A stretch of 62,939 nt of DNA, the filler included, from Aduncisulcus paluster (Eukaryota), in NCBI GenBank assembly GCA_024181965.1. It is 5 parts of 5 records of this genome, joined end to end, with 100 filler letters (N's around TTAATTAATTAA, not from the genome) between each part and the next. Parts side by side here need not be neighbours in the genome. Positions count along the whole stretch, not along the records: positions 1 to 19,938 come from BQXS01012428.1; positions 20,039 to 30,414 come from BQXS01012429.1; 3 more parts are not named here. One strand, given 5' to 3'. Below the pieces are notes generated by a model. That model made no database searches. It saw only the letters and a program-made list of their open reading frames with translations, and was not told the DNA's origin. A program made the translations under genes and the position numbers. Shown here in pieces: positions 10,701-22,151 of the stretch (positions within the stretch are counted from its first letter, which is position 1; each line of letters starts with the position of its first letter).

Positions 10701-12549
10701 TCTTTCTTTCCCTGCTCTTTCTCTCCCTCAAGTCCTTTTCCCTCTTTCTCTTCAGTTCCAGTAAAACTATCTTCTTCTTCTTCAATCATGCCTTCCATAC
10801 TAACCTTTTCCTTTGATCCATAAGCTTTTCCTTTCGTCTTCTTCTCTTCCTCTTCTCTCTTCTCTTCCTCTTCTCTCTTCTCTTCTTCTTCTCTCTTCTC
10901 TTCCTCCCTTCTCTCGCGTTGAGTTCGTTCGTAATCAAGCATGTGTACATACCTTCGGTCTTCCTCTATTTGTCTCCTTTCGCCAATCCATAGGACAATG
11001 TCTTTCTGCAGGGGTCTCAGAATATGTAAGGAAGGAGCTAAAGACGGAAGAAGAGACGAGAACACAGAGAGAGAGAGAGAAGTCAGAGGGTGTGCCAAGG
11101 AGGAGTTTGCAAGGAGAAGATGAGGAGAAGAGAGGAAAGGATACATAAACACAACCCTTGGAGGAATAATATTGTGATGTTTATGAGTCATTGGAAATGA
11201 TGGAGGAAGAGGAGGAAGAGGGAGAGAAGAAGAGGAAGGTGGATCTGGAGATGGGAAAAGGGGACGGAAAGAGGAAGAAAAAGAAAGATTCTTTGTTGCT
11301 GTTGAGCCAAGGTCTTTTTCTTTTTCTTTTTCTTTTTCGTGCTTTGACATTTTTGAAAGGGATCTTTTATATCTTTTTTGCTCAGAATAAAACCATTTTT
11401 CATAAGCATCACAAAAATGGATTTGTTTTCGTTTTTTCTTATCATATATTGAAAATATCCATTTTTTAAATTGATTTCGCCAAAGATTAAAATTTGAAGA
11501 AAATGATTTCCATTGTTTTTCTTCCAATTTATGGTTTTCTAAAACCTTTGAGTCAATGGCTTTTTTGTCTTCGAGTTCTTTCTCAAATTTCATCTTCCAC
11601 GTTCTAAAAATAGGAATGCTACCTTTTTGAACGTGTTTTGAGACTGGACACCAATCTAAAAATAGAACTTGAGATGAATTGGGTTGATTTCTGAGGGAAG
11701 ATGTATTTTCACTAAATGAAGTGATATATGATATGAATTGATTTCCAGATCCAGAAGAAGTGGAAAAAGAATGATGGGGTTTGAAAGGGGATGAAATTCC
11801 ACCATACATTTTTTGATAATATGAGTTAAATCTATTTTGATATCGTGAATAAGAAGTAGAATTAGGATAATATTTACGCTGATCGGCATCCATATCCAAC
11901 TCTTTCTCAAATTGCTGAAGATCTCGCTGCTCTTTCCATTCTTTCCAAGATTCGACTTCTTTCGACTTTTCAAAGTAAACACTCGGCGTAATATGAATGA
12001 AAAAGTTTAGAGGAGGGAGTGATGACGGGGGTAATGGAACACGAGAAAGAGAAGGAGGGAATGGTGGAATAGAATAGGAGTTCGTTGAAGATCGAGAATG
12101 TTCATTTATCCAAGATTTCCACTCTTTATACCAGATATTCCACTTTGTTTCGAAATTATTCCAGGATTTAAACCAGGATATCCACTTTGATTCATGTTTT
12201 TTCACTGAAGCTTCTTGAATGACCCATTCTTGATTAATTGTTCCAATAGATGTTTTTATATTTCGCCATACATCAACTCCATCTTGAAATCCAACTAATA
12301 TAAAAGGATTAACGCTTGATAAAAGCGGAGGGAGCTGTGAAAGGCCTCTAGGGTTAACCGGAAGAGCAGGATCGGAAGAAGGAAAAATATCAATTGTTAA
12401 TTCTTTACGAAATTTTGTTGATGAAGGAATAAGTGTTTTAGCTCCACTCTATTAATGATTATAAGAAAAAAAAATATTAATACCAAAAAAAATCAAATAA
12501 AAACAAACTACTGGGGATAAATCGGAGAAAATGATGCATAACGTACCAT
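7714..12549 (-). CDS. Large hypothetical low-complexity protein (~1477 aa after removing the 304-bp insertion); predicted exons 12549-12547 and 12448-7714; may be a disrupted allele
   Basis: The frame of ORF 9545-12205 stays open upstream to an AG at 12450-12449; ATG|GTACGT donor at 12546. Deleting 9575-9878 fuses ORFs 9545-12205 and 7714-9696 in frame. Trp-rich helical repeats and Glu/Lys-rich tracts. Confidence 0.6.
9575..9878. repeat. 304-bp composite insertion made of copies of 8818-8978 and 9422-9574
   Basis: 9569-9729 = 8818-8978 and 9726-9878 = 9422-9574; junction microhomologies GAAGGA and ATAT. Confidence 0.9.
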
Positions 12550-12870
12550 TCAATGCATTGTGCGTTGGCAAATTGGGATATTATCAAGATTTTCAATCAT
12601 CAAACAAGGCATCTTTCAGAATAACATCTCATTGTAACATATTATCGTTTTAATAGCTAATAATATTTACAAATACTTTTTTATTTTTCTTATTTTCTTT
12701 TAAAGCAACGAGATAAAATATTTGATATTTTCTCGAGCTATCCATAAATTTTTCAAAGAATCAAACCAAATTTTATTCTATAAAACCTCCTAAAACGGCA
12801 AATTAATCCTCAATGCTTCTGAATTTATTACATACCGAAAAGTTCCAAGTTTTTGTTAGTTTGAGTGCCA

Positions 12871-13257
12871 ATGGAGCCGAAGATTCCCTCATGCTACCGA
12901 CTCCGGGAAGCAATATCCAAAGTCCTTGATCTTGAGGATTTAAGTGAGGAAGCCAGATCCATATTAGAAAAGGTAATTATAGAAGATGATTATGCTCGTT
13001 TAATGGTTCATACAAGAAAAAAATGGGATAACAAAGAATATGAATCTGATATTAAGACAATAGAAGAAGCTCGTATTAAAGAATTACTCGATGAAGAGGA
13101 AATAGAATTTCAAAAACAATTGGATGATGTCTCGATTCATGCCAAAGCCGTTGATAAATATATAATGAAGATAAAAGGAAGGGAATATTCAAGCGAAGAG
13201 GAGGAAGAAGAGGGAAGAAGAAGAGGAGAGAGATGTAAAAACTGGTTGGATTACTAG
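12871..13257 (+). CDS. Small acidic helical hypothetical protein
   Basis: ATG at 12871 within ORF 12865-13257; coding-like composition; no family recognised. Confidence 0.6.
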   Translation: MEPKIPSCYRLREAISKVLDLEDLSEEARSILEKVIIEDDYARLMVHTRKKWDNKEYESDIKTIEEARIKELLDEEEIEFQKQLDDVSIHAKAVDKYIMKIKGREYSSEEEEEEGRRRGERCKNWLDY

Positions 13258-13428
13258 AAGAGAATAGCTCATCCAATAATGGGTGAATTTTAAAAATAGA
13301 ATGAAAATGTTTTTATATTAATCTAACTATTAAATTTATAACAATAGTAAAATTGCTCACATTATAATTGATAAAACGGAGATTGAATCTGTGTTTTCTT
13401 GGCGTTCATTGATAAGGAATAGTTCAAA

Positions 13429-14902
13429 ATGGTATGTTTGTTTTTTATATTTGTAGTATTTTATGGCGTGTTCTGTTCTTTTGGGTTTATCTTTTTTTTT
13501 ATAACTATAATTGAAATTATTCTATATTCAGGTAAAAAAGAAAAAAATAGCCTCTGTGGATGACATACGGTTGCCTACAAGTGCTCGTAAATTGAAATCA
13601 AAGCATCAGCCATTTGCAAATCAAAAGGAATATGTAAGAGCCCAAAATGCTGCTAAAGTGAAACAACTATTGGCAAAACCATTTATTCATGCGATGGATG
13701 ACCATAAAGATAGTGTTATATCTCTAAGAAAACATCCTAAATCAAGTAATTTTATTATTTCTGGAGCTTGTGATGGTGAGCTTCGAATATGGGATGTGCA
13801 ACATTTCAAGTCGTTATCAGCCATAAAAGCCCATGAACATTGGGTTACTGGAATATGTTTCGTTCCTAGTCAGCCTCAGCGTTTTCTTTCGTCGTCTAGA
13901 GATGGTTTCATTAAGCTTTGGGATATGCCTTATACAGGTGATATTTTGAGTGGTCAAAGTGATTTTATGGGCAAACACCATGATTTACCTGGGTCTTATG
14001 GAGTTCATGAATCCCATCTTGCCTCAAAGATTCTTTCTTTCCATTCTGGTGGAGCTATCAATGACCTTGATGTAAGTGCGACAAGCAATCAGTTTGTCAC
14101 TGCAGGATCATCCACTCAACTGTGGGATATCACAAGAACAGCCCCTATCAGTCACATTGGATGGAATAGCGATTCCAGTGGTTTCTTCGAGTGTACGACC
14201 ACAGCCATTCGTTTCAATCGAAGTGAGACTAACCTTGTGTGTGTATGCGATTATGACGGTTATGTGACCCTTTGCGATACTCGGACCAAGAAAGGATTCG
14301 GTAGATTCAAACTTGATGATAGACCTAATTGTTGTGAGTTTAATCCTAGAAATCCCACTGAGTTTATTGTTGGATCTGACAGTGGAAAATGTCGTTTATT
14401 CTCAATTAAAAATCTCAAACGTGCTAAACAAGTGTATGAAGGACACACTAATGCAGTTTTAAGTGTCGATTGGTCTCCTTTGGGCTCTGATTTTGTTTCT
14501 GGTTCCATGGATGGAACTATTCGTTTATGGGATACGAGGACGTTAGGCAAGAGCAGAGATCTCTACCACACTCGTAGAATGGGCCGTGTTAACACCGTTC
14601 AATACAGTGTGGATTCTCGGGTTGTCTATTCTGGGAGTGAGGATTGTAATGTTCGTGCTTGGAGAGCTCATGCAGCTGTCCACCACACAAAACAGATGAA
14701 TGCAAGAGAGCAGGCAGCCAAACGGTATTCCGATTCTCTCATTAAAAAATATATTGATATGCCTGATATTCGAAAGATTCAGAGACAGAAATTTGTACCG
14801 AAGCACGTGAAATCTGCCCAAAAGAAAAGGAGGGAGCAGAGGGAGAGAGAGGTTGAGAAATCCCGTCATAAATATCGTTCAAAGTCAAAGAAAATAATTT
14901 AA
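13429..14902 (+). CDS. SOF1: DCAF13/Sof1 WD40 protein (SSU processome); exons 13429-13431 and 13532-14902
   Basis: EYVRAQNAAK..LAKPFI, WD40 repeats, YHTRRM, SGSEDCNVRAWRA and a Sof1-type C-terminus; 100-nt intron GTATGT..CAG directly after the ATG. Confidence 0.93.
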
Positions 14903-15183
14903 ATATATTGTCCAGATTTATAATACAACCTTCACCGATTCTCGAGTTCATGGTATGAATAGTCATTATAACTTGATCCACAATAAATTTATTGAAATTT
15001 CCCAAGAAATCCTTCTGCTTTTTTCGATCATAGTTTTTTGTTTGACTTTCCATTGAAATGGATCACTGATCAGCAAACTTTGAATGTGGCATTTTTCAAT
15101 TGTTGCAGTTTGTGTTACATTCAATGCTAAACATTTTAAAATTGCGAAAAAAACAAGATTTATTGAAACAAAAAGATGAAATA

Positions 15184-15895
15184 ATGGATGAAACTCTATT
15201 TTCTCCAATAATGAAAAGACTAAGAGAAGGTATGGCTTTTTTACACCAACAATGTATTTTTTATTCTTTTATTGAATAGTATTTTCTGTTTTTTCTTAGA
15301 ATTAAAAGAAGCTACGGCATCAAATCCCTATTTTCGACCTTCATTTCCTGATTTATATGATTTTACCACCTTTTCATTTATTATATCGGCCGATGATGAA
15401 TCAATATACGGAAAAAGAGATTTTAAATTTACTGTGCATTTTCCTGACTCTTATCCGCGAGTAGCTATGAAAGTGCGATGCGTAACTCCAATTTTCCATC
15501 CCAATATTTCCGAGCAATATTACCAAGATATTTCGAAAGCAAAGGATGGGATTGGAAAAGATTTAAAATTATTTTCCGTTCCTCGTGAACATCTCAGATG
15601 TTGTCATATTTCGGCCAGAGAAGGCAAAGATGAAAAGCGAGGCATAGATCAGTCAAAAATGTATCATTCTGGTGAGAAGACATTATATTTACAAAAGGGC
15701 GGTTCGGTGTGTTTGTCAATTCTGCGTGAAGATTATTCCCCAAAACTAACAATAGATGAGATGGTCCAATGTCTATTTATTTTATTATTGGAACCTAACC
15801 CAAAAGATCCATTAAATTCAAAGGCTTCAAAGGTTTCAAAAACCATTTTTTCGCAGATGGCTCATGGAGATATCCCAATTGATATTTTGATATAA
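15184..15895 (+). CDS. Ubiquitin/NEDD8-conjugating E2, Ubc12-like, with a long insertion; exons 15184-15229 and 15300-15895
   Basis: FPDSYP, IFHPNI, VCLSILREDYSP, LLEPNPKDPLN (Ubc12-type C-terminal part); 70-nt intron GTATGG..TAG restores helix 1 MKRLREELKE. Confidence 0.85.
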
Positions 15896-16055
15896 TCATC
15901 GGAAATAAATACTTTTATTGATCGTATAAGAATGTATTATTCTGATTTTTAACGATTTTAGCTTCTAAAGCAACTTCATTCTCGATTTATCAAACTCTAC
16001 TTTATTTGACCACAATTAAAAACTTAATTGATATTTCTGACAATTGTACATTCAT

Positions 16056-17840
16056 ATGGATATAATAGATGAACAATCAGAGGGATTGAATATCCTGACA
16101 CGCGAAGTAGAACATCTAAAACAATTAATAGTCTCTTCCCGAGCTCGTCTTATTCGTACAGTTGAAACATCATGTACAAAAGCCAAAAACACATGTTTAT
16201 CCGTCAAAGAAATTATTTATCCCACAACCCAAGCTATCTCACATCCTTTCCCAAAAAGCGATTCAAAAGCCGCCGAATCGTTATTATATCAGCCAATTGA
16301 TATGATGTCTATTGCTTCTGTTCCTCCTAGAAGGGGAAGTATAAGTAATATTTTAGCCAATTCCTTTATTCCCGATATATCCCGCCATACTCGTCCAGTC
16401 GAAGTGGAGGAAGCACTTTCTCGATGCCACCCCTTACCTGCTTTCTCCAAAGTTCCTGAATTAATGCGAAAGGATACAGAAGAAGCGTATTGTGGAGCCG
16501 AACACATCATTTTGAAATGGGCTGCAAACCAACGTCATAAACAGTTATTAGCGATTCAAAAGATTAAAGAACGACGTTTATCAACTGTAGGCGTTGACAT
16601 GCCAGTGGAATCAATGCATCCAAAGGTTGGCTTACCCCATGACGAAACATCCGTTCCTGAAATCCCAAGACTTGATAAAACAATGGAAAAAACTTCCTCT
16701 TCACCATCATTTCCTTCTAAACCTCCACCAAATATTACTTCTCGCCTTCTCAGCTTCGTTGATAAACACCGTCGAACCCACGCTGGCAAATCTGTGACTT
16801 CAGTTGAGGCAAAAGATACCACTCCTGCTGTCGTAACGAGTACTACTCCTGCTGTATTTTGTGCTGCGTTGGGCTCAGACTCGGGCAAAGAACCTAAATG
16901 CCCTGAAGAAACAAAGAAGACACCCACATCTATTCATAAAAATAATCCAAAGAAAACAACAACTCCACTCTTATCGCCCACAAATAAGTCAGAGACAAAA
17001 CAGCATGTTCGGGCCCATTCTCACACTCTTTCTCCTCGGTCGATTGTGTCTGCGCGCAATCCACGATTCAAACATCTGAGAAATCATTCTAAAGGCGCTG
17101 AAAGTGATGATTCTGATGTATTCTCGGGTGTCACAGCTTCCTTCCCATCTGAGCTCGAAGCCTTGACGATGAGTGAAGATGAGAGTGAAAGAATGCACGA
17201 AACTTCCAAAGAGGAGCAGAATGACGATCACGAACTTGAGTTGCTGGTACTTCCTTCATCTTTATCTGGACAATCTGCCGATAAAACACTCAGGAATCAC
17301 CAAAGAAAACGTTCCAGCCGTGGGCTTGTCCATTCCTCTTCGCCGCGATCTCCTTTGTCAGTTCAAACCAGAATTCAGCTCAATGATGACACTGTTGTCC
17401 AATCTGTGAAAAAAGAAAAAGAAAAAGAAAAAGAAAAAGATGAAAAGCCAGGCGTTACAACTAAATCTGGCGATTCTATACATAGCGGGGCAAAGAACAA
17501 TAATAATAGCACAAAGACCAATGTCAAACCCAGTGATACGAGTTCCACTCTTCGTCTTTCTTCTCGTTCCATCAGCTCTGTTGAAACTGAATCTGTTGAT
17601 GGTGAGTTTGAATCGTCTTCCTGTGATACGAGAACAGCAGAGATCAAAGAAGTTTATAGTGAAGATGACTCTGGTAAAAGGAAAGTATTTTCAATCAAAC
17701 GGCCAAAACGACCCATCTCAAAGCCTCCTCCAGTACCTGTATCCTTGGCATCCCGGACGTTACAATTGTTACGTGAAGCAGGTGAAAAAAGTGAAACGGA
17801 ATCTGATTGGATTATAACAGACTCTAAAAGTGCAAGATAA
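16056..17840 (+). CDS. Hypothetical Ser/Lys-rich, largely disordered protein
   Basis: Long ORF (first ATG 16056); short N-terminal coiled coil; no family recognised. Confidence 0.7.
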   Translation: MDIIDEQSEGLNILTREVEHLKQLIVSSRARLIRTVETSCTKAKNTCLSVKEIIYPTTQAISHPFPKSDSKAAESLLYQPIDMMSIASVPPRRGSISNILANSFIPDISRHTRPVEVEEALSRCHPLPAFSKVPELMRKDTEEAYCGAEHIILKWAANQRHKQLLAIQKIKERRLSTVGVDMPVESMHPKVGLPHDETSVPEIPRLDKTMEKTSSSPSFPSKPPPNITSRLLSFVDKHRRTHAGKSVTSVEAKDTTPAVVTSTTPAVFCAALGSDSGKEPKCPEETKKTPTSIHKNNPKKTTTPLLSPTNKSETKQHVRAHSHTLSPRSIVSARNPRFKHLRNHSKGAESDDSDVFSGVTASFPSELEALTMSEDESERMHETSKEEQNDDHELELLVLPSSLSGQSADKTLRNHQRKRSSRGLVHSSSPRSPLSVQTRIQLNDDTVVQSVKKEKEKEKEKDEKPGVTTKSGDSIHSGAKNNNNSTKTNVKPSDTSSTLRLSSRSISSVETESVDGEFESSSCDTRTAEIKEVYSEDDSGKRKVFSIKRPKRPISKPPPVPVSLASRTLQLLREAGEKSETESDWIITDSKSAR

Positions 17841-18252
17841 TCTGTTTTTATTTTCAAATTGTTATTATTATTAGAATCTAATAGATTCAATCTATTGCAA
17901 TAGAGCTATTAAAATAAATTATTTTAAATAATAGACGATTTGCAATGTTTTTTAATCCATTAAATTTAATTTAAATTCATGATCAAATTGATCAATTATT
18001 GATCAATGACCATTGGTGAATAAATAAAAACTGATTGAATCAGTACTGATTCAGTGAATTGATTTGGGATCTCAAATCAAAAATTGAGTCAAATCCTTCA
18101 GAATACTCAATATTCTTCGTTTCCAACTCATTGGGCCTGATGACATAGGTATTTTGTCCAACAATCTAGAGGAAAGATCCCGGAAATAAAAACAGGTACT
18201 TTTTTTTTATATATTCTTCACACAATATTAGCATTTCATACCATTTCTTGAA

Positions 18253-19356
18253 TTATTTCCATGGAAGTAGAGATAATCGTTCAGCTGCAATGGTTTCCTC
18301 GGGCATAGTAAATACAAGGTTGTTGATCCAGAAATTTCGAGAATTCTTATCAGACCACTCCCCTTTCCCTTCAATCTCACACAATACAACATTCATCAAA
18401 TCAATAGGAAGGAAGTGCCATTCATCCCAATGTTTAGGCCTTCTGAATTCATACTTCTTGGATATCTTCCCACCATCAGAATCAGTGAAAGTGAAGAGAA
18501 GAGAGGGTGAACAATTATCCTTCTGCACACAGATATAAGCACCTTTCATAGGACTAGGTGATGGGAAAGGGATGGAAAGATGGGATAACCATAGACCACA
18601 TTCTCCTTTTAACATTCTTTGTGCTCGTAAACTCTGATCATAATCCTCAGATTCCTTACTCACCGAATCATCCTTGCACTTGACCATTGAGAATAAAGGA
18701 TCGACAAGCTTTGGATCATCTCGTGGAATGGGAATAGATTTTCTACCTCCTTTCTTTACAAACTCCACTTTCACAACAGGAGCTTCAGACCATAGTTTCT
18801 CTCTGGCTTCACGAGATTTGATTTCTTCAGGAGTTTCTTGTCTAATAAAAACTAGAGATTGGATACTAAAATACCTTCTCTCTCTTCCTTTCCCTGTTAT
18901 CTCACACAAAACAACATCAGGGAGATCAACAGGAAGGAAATACCAATGTTTTCCATCAAATTCGGTAAATTCGTATTTCTTGGATGTTTTCTCACCCTTT
19001 GAAGATGTAAGAGTGAAGATAAGATATTCTGGATGATTCCAATAACCATTCAGACAGATATAAGCCCCTTTCATTGGGGAAGATGAAGCGAAAGGAATGG
19101 AGATATGGGTAAACCATCCACCATTAAGCTCTCCTTTCATCATCTTTTGTGCATTAAAACTCTGATAGTACATTTTAGCACGTTTTTTCTTGGTCTCATC
19201 TATTACCTTGGTTTCATCTATTGCTTTCATAGTTGAAAATGCAACACTCATAACATTGGGGGAATCTCTAGGAATTGGACAGCAACGCCATCCTTCTCCT
19301 TCATGAACAAACTCAGGTTCCACAGTATGAATAACAGCATCTGTGGATGAACTCAT
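18253..19356 (-). CDS. Protein of two tandem ~170-aa homologous beta-rich domains (PFxSxSPMKGAYIC repeat)
   Basis: Internal repeat pairs: PIPRD, HISIPFASSSPMKGAYICL/HLSIPFPSPSPMKGAYICV, SKKYEF, WYFLPVDL/WHFLPIDL, VVLCEIxGKG. Confidence 0.8.
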   Translation of the reverse strand: MSSSTDAVIHTVEPEFVHEGEGWRCCPIPRDSPNVMSVAFSTMKAIDETKVIDETKKKRAKMYYQSFNAQKMMKGELNGGWFTHISIPFASSSPMKGAYICLNGYWNHPEYLIFTLTSSKGEKTSKKYEFTEFDGKHWYFLPVDLPDVVLCEITGKGRERRYFSIQSLVFIRQETPEEIKSREAREKLWSEAPVVKVEFVKKGGRKSIPIPRDDPKLVDPLFSMVKCKDDSVSKESEDYDQSLRAQRMLKGECGLWLSHLSIPFPSPSPMKGAYICVQKDNCSPSLLFTFTDSDGGKISKKYEFRRPKHWDEWHFLPIDLMNVVLCEIEGKGEWSDKNSRNFWINNLVFTMPEETIAAERLSLLPWK

Positions 19357-19706
19357 TTGAATAGAGATGGAATATCTTATCTAAAAAATAAAACCAAGCA
19401 GAATAATGAATGAATCCAATTAAAATATTTCTTAATATACATCTAATAAAAGACGCAACATATAGTAAACATACAATTTGCTTGTTTGCCAAGAAAAAAT
19501 GGACATCGGCGCTCAGCCACCAACAGACTGAACAAGCAACCCTTCAATAGATAAGATTGGAAATTAAAAAAAAAATACATATAAACGAGTTAAATGCTGG
19601 TAAATGCTAAAAACATGTTTTATTTTCATTTCCATGCCATGGTGTTTATTCTCGATATCTCAGGCTTTTGGAGACCCCTCAGGACTGGATATAGTTCCAT
19701 TTCACG

Positions 19707-19938
19707 TGTTAAGAACATTTATGAACGATTTCAATGCTATTTAATATCATGGATATATTTCCATTTCATTTCTATCCTTATCCTTGCCTTTCTGTTCATT
19801 TTCACTTGCTTTTGCTTACAATCAAAAATATCAAGAACTCGGAATACGATGGTATATGTGTGTCTGTATACTGTTACGAATCTAATCCCCTGATGCTTCA
19901 TGGAACATGACATTTCCTCCTTTCACACCAACTCCAAC
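19707..19938. repeat. Dispersed non-coding repeat, copy 2
   Basis: Matches 1-232; ends at the contig break. Confidence 0.9.
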
Positions 19939-20038
19939 NNNNNNNNNNNNNNNNNNNNNNNNNNNNNNNNNNNNNNNNNNNNTTAATTAATTAANNNNNN
20001 NNNNNNNNNNNNNNNNNNNNNNNNNNNNNNNNNNNNNN
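19939..20038. other. Artificial contig linker (N44-TTAATTAATTAA-N44)
   Basis: Six-frame stop linker flanked by N runs. Confidence 0.98.
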
Positions 20039-22151
20039 TCTTGGTTCTTTTTTCTTCCTCTTCCTTCTTTCTTTTCCTTTCTCTCACTAAAAGATAGCAT
20101 TCATCAAATTCCCTAAACTCAGGAGTATAAGCCACAGTTCCTTTCCAAAAAACATATAGTTTTCCGAAGAGATCAATCAACTTAAAAGGAAAAGAGCTTG
20201 TCCCTTGTAGTAAAAGAGTCGTATAACTGAAAAAGCCCGGAAGTTCTCCCATTTTGACCTGATATGCCTTTCTGACAATAACACACCAACAGGCATAGAA
20301 AGTGTGATGCATGGCTTTCGAATCCTTTACACTTGGGGGCATTACAATCAAGAAATGACATAACAAACCGAAATATGAATTACAAAATTCCAAATTGACA
20401 CCCGAAACTTTGTACCAAAGAGACTCGAAAGCAGGCAGCATGTGGTGGTATACGATAGGCGTTAACTCAAGTCTATCGCTTATGACACGATGAATGATTT
20501 CAATAAATACTTCAATTATGTCAATATTAGTACATATGACAATAATATCGTAAAAATATCGAACGAACAAGGAGTCCTTTGGATCGGCAGAACTTTTTGT
20601 TGGTGGGTAAAACCTTTCCTGGAAGTCGTCGACCAAGGTGAAACTCTTTAAACATAATCCAATGGACCCCAATAATTCAATCAGTTGCGAATTTTCATCA
20701 ACAACTTTCAGCACAGCAACGTAATTCTCCAACAGACCCAACAAATATCCTTTATATTGCTCCCAATAACTTGTGGCTGCAGAGTGATCAAATTCAATCA
20801 GTTCATTTTGCTTTTCTAAGATAATATTAAGCAGGTTGATCGTGCAGGATACTGTACCGAGATCATCGAGTTTGTCAGCAATTTTGAACATTGTTTCGAG
20901 AAAAGGGATAAGATAAAATCCCAGAGTTAAGTCCTCAATAGTCAAATACACACAGCTCATAATCAGTTGCGAATATGTCTTAAGCGCAACAAAATCGAAA
21001 TGTCCACGAAGCTCTTTAACTTCGAGAATTACTTCAAAATATATATTCAACCATTCCTCGTTATCGAGGATCAATTCCACTGTTTCGGAAGGGTGTGACT
21101 CAGCCTTTTCAATAATATGTCCGACAAAGTTCAGGATAGGGGAAACTAAGCCCTCAGAATCAGGGGAAAGAACACAAGCCAACAATATTTCTTTGTCAGA
21201 CATTTTAGGGGGTATTTTTGGTTTCGCTAATATGAGAGAATCCTCATCAGAATTTTCTTGGCTTTTAGATGTCGAGTGATCCCCCTTGGATATGGGCAAT
21301 TCTTCAGAAATATGCCTTTGATCATCCTCAGACTGTTCAATAGAGTTCATATCAATTGAGGAAACCCCTTTCTCATGGGCTATTTCACCATCTTCGGAAA
21401 TATGTCTGACATCGAGAGATTGATGAATGGATTCGTTCATAGAATTACAGTTAGAAGCAACAGAGTGAGATATCCTGGTTTCATCGAAATCCGAATAAGA
21501 ATCTGTTGATTTAGGCGAAAATAATTGGGGTTTCCGAGCCTTTGCTTGTTTGGAGGCTGAATGACAAGGAGGATCAGTTGATAATAATGCAGGGGGCGGA
21601 ATCGGACTTAAAAATTGTTTAGGAGATTTTGTACTGTGTTTGTCGAGTATTTCTGCGGATGTGGATTCAGTTGATTCCTCATCATCAAACTTCGAGGTCG
21701 AAAGCCCATCAATAGATGAAAGAGTTTTACCGAATTTCTCTTCTTCTTCCTTATTTTGCGGCCAAAATTCCGGGAAAAGAATTGGGGATGCTGGTAAATA
21801 TTTTTTGAATATGTCATCTAATATATTATTATTTGCAACAAAACCCATTGATTCTTTTGATATTGAAAAAACAAAAAATATTCTCTTGATATCACGAACG
21901 TATATCAACAAATATTCGTTGGAAAAAGCTTTATCGGCGATTCTCTTACAGACAGGATTTTCCCATTGGAAATCTGATAAAGTTAGAATTAAATCTCCTT
22001 TTTCTAGCTTAAATTCAATCTTTATGTTTGATGATTGGATAAATCGCTCCAATTTGACTCCGGGTTTGGTTGAAGTCTTTTCTATGAAATATAAACATCC
22101 AAAGAGTACACATTTGAGACTTTCTGATGATGTTATTTTCATATCCTGCAT
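20039..22151 (-). CDS. Hypothetical protein, 3'-truncated; C-terminal half helical (ARM/HEAT-like composition)
   Basis: ~700-codon ORF running into the linker; 5' end uncertain (possible upstream exon). Confidence 0.7.

Noticed and set aside
15509..15700. Intein or in-frame intron in the E2 gene
   Set aside because: No His-Asn/Cys-type intein end and no GT donor at the insert start; retained as a protein insertion instead.
19983..19994. Recurrent TTAATTAATTAA motif (also 30459, 48579, 60095)
   Set aside because: Artificial six-frame-stop linker; adjacency across linkers carries no biological meaning.
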